From Candidatus Eiseniibacteriota bacterium (GTDB lineage: Bacteria > Eisenbacteria > RBG-16-71-46 > SZUA-252), in NCBI GenBank assembly GCA_031370645.1, contig JANMQV010000210.1, positions 1 through 14,415 of the forward strand: DNA of 14,415 nucleotides, read 5' to 3'. This document shows, in pieces, positions 1 to 6,578 of the stretch. Under the pieces are notes generated by a model. The model saw nothing but the letters and a program-made list of their open reading frames with translations. It was not told the DNA's origin and made no database searches. The translations under genes were made by a program, and so were the position numbers. Numbering within the stretch: the stretch's first letter is position 1; each line of letters starts with the position of its first letter.

Positions 1-80
1 AAGAACGCGTTCCCCAGCACGAGGATCGGAATGAAAATGATTTGTATGCTGGTGCCGACGGCGCTCCAGAACGATTCCAT
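1..80 (-). CDS. 5' end of a probable hemolysin-family / CNNM (DUF21) membrane protein, truncated by the window edge
   Basis: Not in the ORF track. The ATG at 80-78 reads MESFWSAVGTSIQIIFIPILVLGNAF..., resembling the 'L.L.NAFF..aE.a' first transmembrane motif of TlyC/CNNM proteins. It starts 21 nt after the stop of the co-oriented NHL gene. Only 26 codons are visible. Confidence 0.55.
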   Translation of the reverse strand, partial: MESFWSAVGTSIQIIFIPILVLGNAF

Positions 81-101
81 GGATCTCGGGCGGCGCGGCG
101 G

Positions 102-1991
102 TTAGGCGAGGGCGGCGGTGAGGGTGGCGACGGCGTCGCCCGCGTCCTCGAACCGCACCGGGACATTCCAGGCGGGGCTCGCCGGAACGCAGACGCCCTG
201 CCCTTCGTGGCAGTAGGCAAAGGAGACCTGCACGCGCAAGTCGGCGGCGCCCTCGGGTTGCGCCGGCAATTCGAACGCGAGCGGCCAGGCGGCGCCGAGT
301 AGCGTCCGCTGAAGCAGAATGTCGCCGCCCCGGCTCACGCGAACGCTGGCGGGTGCTTCCTCGCTCGCGTGGGCGCCTGCCGGAAGAGCGACCGCCACGC
401 TCCACCGCGTGGTCCGATTCGCCACGAGCCGCGCGGGACCCGCCGCGATCGCGCCCGGCAGACCGGCCGAGGAGGCGTTCTTCTCAGCGGACAGAGCCGG
501 CGATTCAAGCCCCTCGATCGTGACTTCGCTCCACGCCCCCGTCGTGAGGGTGACACGAACGACGCGATGATTGTTCGTGTCGGCAATGAAGAGCTCGTCG
601 CCGGCGACATGGAGTCCTCCCGGCTCGAAGAGCGCGAGTGCGTCGCCCCGGTCGGTACCGGGCTTCCCGTCTCCATGGAGCGTTCGAATCGCTCGCGCCT
701 CGGGGTCGAGTTCCTTGATCTTGTGGTTGTAAGTATCGGCCACGAGGATCTTCGTTCCCCAGCCGGCGACCCCGAGCGGATGTTGCAGCCGCGCGCGCTT
801 CGCGTCGCCGTCGATGTCGCCGAAGTCGAACAGGCCGCGACCGACCAGCGTCTCCACGCTCTCCGTCGCCATATCGATCCGGCGCACCGCGCTCACCTCG
901 CTGTCGGCGAAGTAGAGATGGTTTCCGATCAGCGTCAGTCCCGACGGCTGCGCGAGCGCCGCCGATTCGGCGGGACCGTCGACGAGATTCTCCCGTCCGC
1001 TACCGGCCCACGCCCGGCAGAGGCCCATCGGAAGATCGAGGCGCCAAATTTGGTGCGGTCCGGCCATGGCGATGTAGCAGGTGCCCCCCTCCACCGCGAG
1101 ATCCCAGGGTGAATTGAGTCCCTGCGCCGTTCCCCGCTTCCCGCCCGAGCGGTCGTAGGACTGCTCGCCCGTGCCCGCGACGGTTCGGACTTCGAAGCTC
1201 TCGGTGTCGATCGCTCGAATCAGATGATTCTCGGTATCGGCGACGAGGAGAGTCTCTCCCATGAGCGCGAGCCCCTGGGGGTGATGGAACGTCGCTCGAT
1301 CCGCCGACCCGTCGTCGCGCCCGACGCGGCCGGTTCCGATCGTCGCGATCAATCGCGCACGTCCGGATGCGCCGGGAAGGGTCGAGACGACAATGCGGCT
1401 GTGATTCGAGTCGGCGATATAGAGGCGGCCCGATGCGGCATCGGCCAGCACCTTCCCCGGAAACGCCAAACCGCTCGCCGCGCGCACCGATCGCTCCCGC
1501 TCGAATCGAAGGGGTCCCGCCGCGGCAATGCCGGCGGCCTTCGCGTCGGCGAGCGCCTTCCCGATCGTCTCATCGAGCGCGGCGCGGTTTCCTTCTCCCG
1601 CCACGGCCCCGATGACGCGTCCGTCGGCGCCGACCAGGACCAACGTGGGCCAGGAGCGAACCGTGTACTCGCCCCAAAGCGACATTTCCTCGTCCACGAT
1701 CACAGGGTGATGTATTTCATACCGGCCGATGGCGGCGCGAATCGTCTGGCGGCTCCCCTCGTTCTCGAATTTGGCGCTGTGGACCCCGATCACGATGAAC
1801 GGTTCTCGCGCGTACTTCTCCTCGAGGAAGGCGAGATCGGGGAGGACGTGCATGCAATTGATGCAGCAATACGTCCAAAAATCGAGAAGGACGACCTGTC
1901 CCTTCAGCTCTTTGGAGAAAGTCAGGGGGCGGTCGGTGTTCAACCAGGCGAACTCGGGCTTCAACTCCGGGGCCCGCGGATGGGCGTTCAT
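102..1991 (-). CDS. Thioredoxin-like domain + NHL-repeat beta-propeller + C-terminal domain protein (NHLRC2/SOQ1-like), about 629 aa
   Basis: LLDFWTYCCINCMH, IGVHSAKF and VRSWPTLVLV mark the Trx fold. NHL repeats include LAFPGKV..LYIADSNHSRI, FHHPQGL..VADTENHLIR, LNSPWDL, LAQPSGL..FADSEVSAVR, LQHPLGV..VADTYNHKIK and LFEPGGL..IADTNNHRV. The C-terminus carries YCHEGQGVC. Start placed at ATG 1991 (MNAHPRAPEL) rather than the track's 2105. Confidence 0.92.
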   Translation of the reverse strand: MNAHPRAPELKPEFAWLNTDRPLTFSKELKGQVVLLDFWTYCCINCMHVLPDLAFLEEKYAREPFIVIGVHSAKFENEGSRQTIRAAIGRYEIHHPVIVDEEMSLWGEYTVRSWPTLVLVGADGRVIGAVAGEGNRAALDETIGKALADAKAAGIAAAGPLRFERERSVRAASGLAFPGKVLADAASGRLYIADSNHSRIVVSTLPGASGRARLIATIGTGRVGRDDGSADRATFHHPQGLALMGETLLVADTENHLIRAIDTESFEVRTVAGTGEQSYDRSGGKRGTAQGLNSPWDLAVEGGTCYIAMAGPHQIWRLDLPMGLCRAWAGSGRENLVDGPAESAALAQPSGLTLIGNHLYFADSEVSAVRRIDMATESVETLVGRGLFDFGDIDGDAKRARLQHPLGVAGWGTKILVADTYNHKIKELDPEARAIRTLHGDGKPGTDRGDALALFEPGGLHVAGDELFIADTNNHRVVRVTLTTGAWSEVTIEGLESPALSAEKNASSAGLPGAIAAGPARLVANRTTRWSVAVALPAGAHASEEAPASVRVSRGGDILLQRTLLGAAWPLAFELPAQPEGAADLRVQVSFAYCHEGQGVCVPASPAWNVPVRFEDAGDAVATLTAALA

Positions 1992-1998
1992 AGAGCGT

Positions 1999-2027
1999 AG
2001 AGTAGCCGATTTCCGATCGCTTTGCAG
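1999..2027 (-). promoter_or_regulatory. Putative sigma70-type promoter for a leaderless Trx-NHL transcript
   Basis: Minus strand reads CTGCAA-N17-TACTCT-N7-ATG(1991), with no Shine-Dalgarno before the ATG. Confidence 0.4.
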
Positions 2028-2063
2028 GGACCGTCTGCCCCGGCGACCCCGTTGCGGTGGCCA

Positions 2064-2122
2064 GCCTTGGTGCTGGCTCCCGTCGCACCAAGGCATCATA
2101 ATCAAAGGTCTTATGGACTTTT
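2064..2122. promoter_or_regulatory. Inverted repeats and -10-like hexamer upstream of ribA
   Basis: Perfect 10-bp inverted repeat GCCTTGGTGC(2064-2073)/GCACCAAGGC(2085-2094), CATAAT at 2097-2102, and imperfect palindrome AAAGGTC-N5-GACTTTT at 2104-2122. Confidence 0.45.
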
Positions 2123-2197
2123 CTCACTCGCCAAGGGCGGTAATCGTCGGGGACCGCTGCGCCACGCGCCGACCCACGCCTTTTGAAAGGAGGGCTC

Positions 2198-2929
2198 GTG
2201 CCCCTGACTCCACAACGCATCGATGAGATCTTGAAGTCGGAAGCCGACCACGAGTGCCCCGGCGTCGGAGAGGCGAAGATCTGCGTGAAGATCGTCGCCA
2301 TCGCCGACCTGCCGACTCGGTTCGGCCATTTCCAGATCGCGGCCTTTTGGAACAACCGGGACGCGAAGGAGCACGTCGCGATTCTTCATGGGGACGTCTT
2401 CGGCGGCGAGGACGTGCCGACGCGCGTTCACTCGGAGTGCCTCACCGGAGATGCCATCGGATCTCTTCGCTGCGACTGCCGCGATCAGCTGGAAACCGCG
2501 CTCCGACTCATCGGCTCCGAAGAGCGGGGTCTCGTGCTCTACCTCCGGCAGGAGGGCCGAGGGATCGGGCTCCTCAACAAGATCCGCGCCTACGGCCTGC
2601 AAGATCGGGGGCTAGACACGGTCGAAGCGAACGTGGCCCTCGGGTTCCGAGACGACGAGCGGGAATACTCGATCGCCGCCCATATGCTCGATAGCCTCCG
2701 GGTCAAGTCGGTGAGGCTGATGACGAACAATCCGCGGAAGATCAACGATTTGGCCCGATATGGAATCCAAATCACCGGGCGGAAACCACACGTGATCCCG
2801 CCGAACCAGTACAATCGATTCTACTTGGAGACCAAGGCCCTCAAGTCGGGCCATTACATCGACTTCTCCGGGAAGCCTCATCTAGAGGAGCAGGGAGAGT
2901 CGGTCGTCGTGGAAGGAGGGACTCGGTGA
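2198..2929 (+). CDS. ribA: GTP cyclohydrolase II (stand-alone)
   Basis: LPTRFGHF, RVHSECLTGDAIGSLRCDCRDQL (three Zn-binding Cys), YLRQEGRGIGLLNKIRAYGLQD, DTVEAN, DEREY, VRLMTNNPRK, YLETK..KSGH. GTG at 2198 is preceded by SD AAAGGAGG (2186-2193). Confidence 0.95.
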   Translation: MPLTPQRIDEILKSEADHECPGVGEAKICVKIVAIADLPTRFGHFQIAAFWNNRDAKEHVAILHGDVFGGEDVPTRVHSECLTGDAIGSLRCDCRDQLETALRLIGSEERGLVLYLRQEGRGIGLLNKIRAYGLQDRGLDTVEANVALGFRDDEREYSIAAHMLDSLRVKSVRLMTNNPRKINDLARYGIQITGRKPHVIPPNQYNRFYLETKALKSGHYIDFSGKPHLEEQGESVVVEGGTR

Positions 2930-3543
2930 AGGCGCCCTGGTATCGCGCCGCCCTGGGGGCGGCGATCCTCGCCGGATTGACGGGCACGGCCCCAGTCCCC
3001 GCAAGGGGTCAGGGAATCGTGACCACGAAAGACCCGGCGCATCCGAGAGTTCAGTACGCCGATTCGCTCATTTCGCTGAATGACCGCTGCATCGTTCGGC
3101 AAGGGGCGCTGAATCCGGCGTTCAAAGCGGTCTACGTAAATGGGAAACCGATCGGGTTCTGCTGAAGGACCTGCCCGGGGGTCTTCGTGCAAGACCCGGA
3201 GCCGTACCTTCGCGCCCAGAACATCGAGGTTCGTTGCGTGATCTATCCGAATCGGAAGGCGAGAATCGATTCGTCGCTGCGGCGAAAAATCGGGCACGAC
3301 CTCTTCTACTTCTCGAACGCCACAGCGTTGAGGCGGTTCGATCGCGACCCGCTCCGTTACGTAAATGTCTTGAGCGATCCGGTCACGAACGACCGATTCC
3401 GGGTCACGCGCTCTTCGCCGCGTGAGGAGTACAAGAGCCGCGTCTACTATTTCGCTTCGTCCGGAGAGAAGGGCGTCTTCGGGAGCGACCGGGAGAAGTA
3501 CAAGGACCGGCGTTCGGCCACCATGTTGGAGCTCGAGCCGTGA
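2926..3543 (+). CDS. Exported YHS/TRASH-repeat selenoprotein, 205 aa, Sec80 encoded by TGA 3163-3165 (C-U-x-x-C motif)
   Basis: Track ORFs 2926..3165 and 3187..3543 share one frame. Read-through gives ...NDRCIVRQGALNPAFKAVYVNGKPIGFC-U-RTCPGVFVQDPEPYL..., a continuous YHS-type repeat followed by two more. It has an N-terminal signal peptide, a SECIS-like hairpin after the TGA, and a GTG start with SD GGAAGGAGG overlapping the ribA stop (GTGA). Confidence 0.85.
3166..3202 (+). promoter_or_regulatory. Bacterial SECIS-like stem-loop immediately 3' of the in-frame UGA
   Basis: Perfect 7-bp stem GGGTCTT(3179-3185)/AAGACCC(3191-3197) with a 5-nt loop CGTGC (GU at loop positions 2-3). The loop begins after a 20-nt spacer from the UGA. 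The lower stem can extend by CC/GG and GC/GC pairs with bulges. Confidence 0.75.
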
Positions 3544-3559
3544 TCGAGGACTTCGCCTC

Positions 3560-4381
3560 ATGAGCACGTCGCCGGTCCGGTCGATCGGCGACGTGCATGA
3601 ACCGCGAGCCCGCGCGTGGATCGAGGAGGTCGCGGCCCGCCCCGACACGCTCGGCGTCATCCTGGTCGGAAGCCGTGCGAACGGCTGGGGTGCTCCCGAT
3701 TCGGACTACGACGCGTTCGTCTACGTGACGCCTGAGCGCCACCGGGAAGTTCCGGTGCGCGACACGCTGGTTTGGCTTGAGGCCGAGGGGGAGTTTCCGG
3801 CCCGGGTCGTGGGAGATTTTTCGATTTTCGCTCCCGAGCATCTCGACCTGCACGAGCGGTCGCCGCTCGACATCGACCATTGGCCTTACGCCGACGGCAT
3901 CGTGCTCCACGACCGCACCGGCACTCTCGAGGAGCGGCGGCGGCGCATCGCGGCTTTTCCGGAGGAAGGCTGGAAGGAGCGCGCTATCGATAAGTACCTC
4001 ATTCTCGGTGGCGCCTATGGTTACGCCGTGAAGAGCGACGTGGCGGGGCTCGACGCGCAGCGGCAACTGAATCTTTTCCGAGCCGTGCTCGCGGGCGTCT
4101 CGCTCTGGTTCACGCTGCAGCACCGCTGGGCGCCGCCCTTCAAGTGGCTGACGCCGGAGATCGAGCGATTGGAAATTCGTCCCGATACGCGAGGCATTCT
4201 GGAGGGCGCGCTCCTGAACCCCTCCATCGACACGCTGACGCACTTCAGGGACCACCTGAAGACCGAGATGAAGTACGCGGGCATCGCCGAGATCGCGAGC
4301 CGGGAGGCGCTCCTCGAAGCCTTCGCCGCGACGTTTCTCCCCGAACGGGCGACCGGGGTCTATCGGAATCTCTATCTGTGA
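3560..4381 (+). CDS. DNA polymerase beta-superfamily nucleotidyltransferase domain protein with helical C-terminal domain, 273 aa
   Basis: GVILVGSRANGWGAPDSDYDAFVY matches hGS-x(n)-DxD, with a candidate third carboxylate in VGDFSIF. Also contains GIVLHDRTG and C-terminal WAPPFKWL. ATG 3560 follows GAGGA; the track start at 3422 overlaps the upstream gene. Confidence 0.8.
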   Translation: MSTSPVRSIGDVHEPRARAWIEEVAARPDTLGVILVGSRANGWGAPDSDYDAFVYVTPERHREVPVRDTLVWLEAEGEFPARVVGDFSIFAPEHLDLHERSPLDIDHWPYADGIVLHDRTGTLEERRRRIAAFPEEGWKERAIDKYLILGGAYGYAVKSDVAGLDAQRQLNLFRAVLAGVSLWFTLQHRWAPPFKWLTPEIERLEIRPDTRGILEGALLNPSIDTLTHFRDHLKTEMKYAGIAEIASREALLEAFAATFLPERATGVYRNLYL

Positions 4382-4439
4382 GCATGGCGCCCCCACGGGC
4401 GCGCCTCGCTTCCCTTCACCACCGAATCAAGGAGGAATC

Positions 4440-6545
4440 GTGTATCGAGTTCGATCCGTCTCCCCCGCCGCTCGAGGCGGGCGCACTCTCGCCGGAGCGC
4501 TCCTGGCGTTGTTCCTCGCCGGCGCTTTCGCTCCCGGCAGCGCGGTCGCTTCACCCGCGAAGGCTCCAGCCGCCGGTTACCCCATCCGCTTTTACACGGG
4601 CGGAATGGACCCGACTTCATTCCAGGAATACGCCGGCAAGGAGATGAAGGCCGCCCACGCGTCGCTCGACCGGCTCCTGGCCGTGAAGGGAAAGCGGACC
4701 GTCGCCAACACGCTCGACATCTATAACGACATTTCGATTCACTCGGACAACGCCGGCTATGCGTCGGGCCTCATGGAATCGGTCCATCCCGATTCGATCT
4801 TCCGCACGACCGCCGAGGGAGTCACTCAGGAAGTCGACAAGTTCCAGACGGACCTGGGCCTCAACAAGGCCGTCTACGACGCGCTGTCCGCCATCGACAT
4901 GAAAAGCCTCGATGCGGAAACGCGCTACTTCGTCGACCGGACGCTGAAGGGCTTCCGCCGAGGCGGCGTCGATCGCGACGACGCGACGCGCGCCCGCATC
5001 TCGATGCTGAACGAGCGCCTGACGCTTCTGTCGCAGCAGTTCAGCCGCAACATCCGAAGCGACCGCCGGAGCTTCACGGTCGATTCCGCCGCGGAGTTGA
5101 AAGGCGTCCCCGAAGACTGGCTGAAGACGCACGCGCCCGGGCCGGACGGCAAGATCACCCTGACGGTCGACTACCCCGACTACTTCCCCGTCATGCGCTA
5201 CGCCGAGAACGGAAAGGTGCGGGAGAGGATGCGGCGCGAGAAGCTGAGCGTCGCTTATCCGGCGAACATGGGGGTTCTCGATTCGCTTCTCCTGGTTCGA
5301 AACGAGATCGCGACCACGCTCGGCTACCCCCATTGGGCGTCGTACATCACCGAGGACAAGATGATCGGGAGCGCCGAGAACGCCGCGGCCTTCCTTGACC
5401 GACTCTCCGCGCTCGCCGTGAACGCGGCACGCGACGAGTATCAGATCTACCTCGCCCGGAAGCGCGAGGACGTCCCGAACGCTACCGCCGTCGAGCAGTG
5501 GGAGTCGGGCTACTACGGACAGTTGATCCGGAAGCGCGACTACGATTTCGATGCGCAGGCGGCGCGCCCCTACTTCGCTTTCAAGAACGTGAAGAAGGGG
5601 CTCATGGACGCCATGTCGCAGATCTTCACGGTCCGCTTCGAACGCGTCGCGAACGCGCAGGTCTGGCACCCGAGCGTCGAAGCGTACGACGTCTACGAGG
5701 GGAAGAAGCTCCTTGGCCGCTTCTTCCTCGACCTCCATCCTCGCGCCGGAAAGTTCGAGCATGCCGCCCAGTTCGGCATCCGGAAGGGTGTCCACGGCGT
5801 GCAGCTGCCCGAGGCGGCGCTCGTCTGCAATTTCCCCGGCGACAAGGAAGGCGACCCGGGTCTGATGGAGCATAGCGACGTGGAGACCTTCTTCCACGAG
5901 TTCGGCCACCTCCTCCACTCGATGTTCGGTGGGGACGGACGCTGGGAGCCCGTCGCGGGAACCTCCGTGGAGCGGGATTTCGTGGAGGCTCCGTCGCAGA
6001 TGCTGGAAGAGTGGGTGTGGGATCCGAAGGTCCTCGCGACGTTCGCGAAGCACTACCAGACCGGCGAGCCGATCCCGGCCGACATGGTGATGAAGATGCG
6101 GCGGGCCGACACCTTCGGGCGCGCCATCGACGTCGCCTTCCAGCTCTTCTACGCCAATGTATCGCTGAACATCTACAACAAGGACCCGAAGGACGTGAAC
6201 ACCGACGCGGTCGTCGCGAAGTACGAGCGCGAGATGGTGCCCTTCCCGGCTACGGAAGGAACCCACATGCAGACGTCATTCGGCCACCTCGACGGCTACT
6301 CGGCCATCTACTACACCTATCAGTGGTCGCTCGTGATCGCGAAGGACCTCTTCAGCAAGTTCGACAAGAACAACCTGCTGAGCCCCACCGTGGCGACGCG
6401 ATACCGGAAGATGGTGCTGGCGCCGGGGGGAGCGCGACCGGCGGCCCAACTCGTGCATTCATTCCTAGGACGCGACTACAACTACGACGCGTACGAGGCG
6501 TGGATTCGGGAGGGGTTGAAGCCGGCGACGACGAAGGCGAACTAG
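4440..6545 (+). CDS. M3A-family Zn metallo-oligopeptidase (thimet oligopeptidase-like) with N-terminal signal peptide
   Basis: FFHEFGHLLH (HExxH), DFVEAPSQMLEEW (third ligand), GRFFLDLHPRAGKF, LVCNF, FGHLDGYSAIYYTYQWS, FLGR. GTG start with SD AAGGAGG; hydrophobic leader ending in AVA. Confidence 0.93.
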   Translation: MYRVRSVSPAARGGRTLAGALLALFLAGAFAPGSAVASPAKAPAAGYPIRFYTGGMDPTSFQEYAGKEMKAAHASLDRLLAVKGKRTVANTLDIYNDISIHSDNAGYASGLMESVHPDSIFRTTAEGVTQEVDKFQTDLGLNKAVYDALSAIDMKSLDAETRYFVDRTLKGFRRGGVDRDDATRARISMLNERLTLLSQQFSRNIRSDRRSFTVDSAAELKGVPEDWLKTHAPGPDGKITLTVDYPDYFPVMRYAENGKVRERMRREKLSVAYPANMGVLDSLLLVRNEIATTLGYPHWASYITEDKMIGSAENAAAFLDRLSALAVNAARDEYQIYLARKREDVPNATAVEQWESGYYGQLIRKRDYDFDAQAARPYFAFKNVKKGLMDAMSQIFTVRFERVANAQVWHPSVEAYDVYEGKKLLGRFFLDLHPRAGKFEHAAQFGIRKGVHGVQLPEAALVCNFPGDKEGDPGLMEHSDVETFFHEFGHLLHSMFGGDGRWEPVAGTSVERDFVEAPSQMLEEWVWDPKVLATFAKHYQTGEPIPADMVMKMRRADTFGRAIDVAFQLFYANVSLNIYNKDPKDVNTDAVVAKYEREMVPFPATEGTHMQTSFGHLDGYSAIYYTYQWSLVIAKDLFSKFDKNNLLSPTVATRYRKMVLAPGGARPAAQLVHSFLGRDYNYDAYEAWIREGLKPATTKAN

Positions 6546-6578
6546 CGGGGGTCGACGGCGAGCGCGCCGCCGGGCGGA

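Noticed and set aside
1992-2197. FMN (RFN) riboswitch upstream of ribA
   Set aside because: Only a short AGGGCGG resemblance. The other conserved RFN segments are absent and the leader is too short.
3163-3165. UGA reassigned to Trp or Gly (genetic code 4 or 25)
   Set aside because: TGA terminates ribA, pgi and gnd at their expected ends, and Trp is encoded by TGG throughout.
3187-3543. Separate 118-aa ORF (and separate 79-aa ORF 2926..3165)
   Set aside because: Same frame, the split falls inside a domain motif, and the GTG lies in the SECIS-like loop without a good SD. One selenoprotein explains this better.
4617-6266. Long antisense ORFs (549 aa here; also 3404..4396, 7076..7957, 12535..13518, 369..1112, 1224..2000)
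   Set aside because: Shadow frames opposite well-supported genes, expected in high-GC DNA, with no recognisable motifs.
6546-6578. Intrinsic terminator between the convergent M3 peptidase and hemerythrin genes
   Set aside because: Only a short CGGCG/CGCCG stem with no U-tract on either strand.
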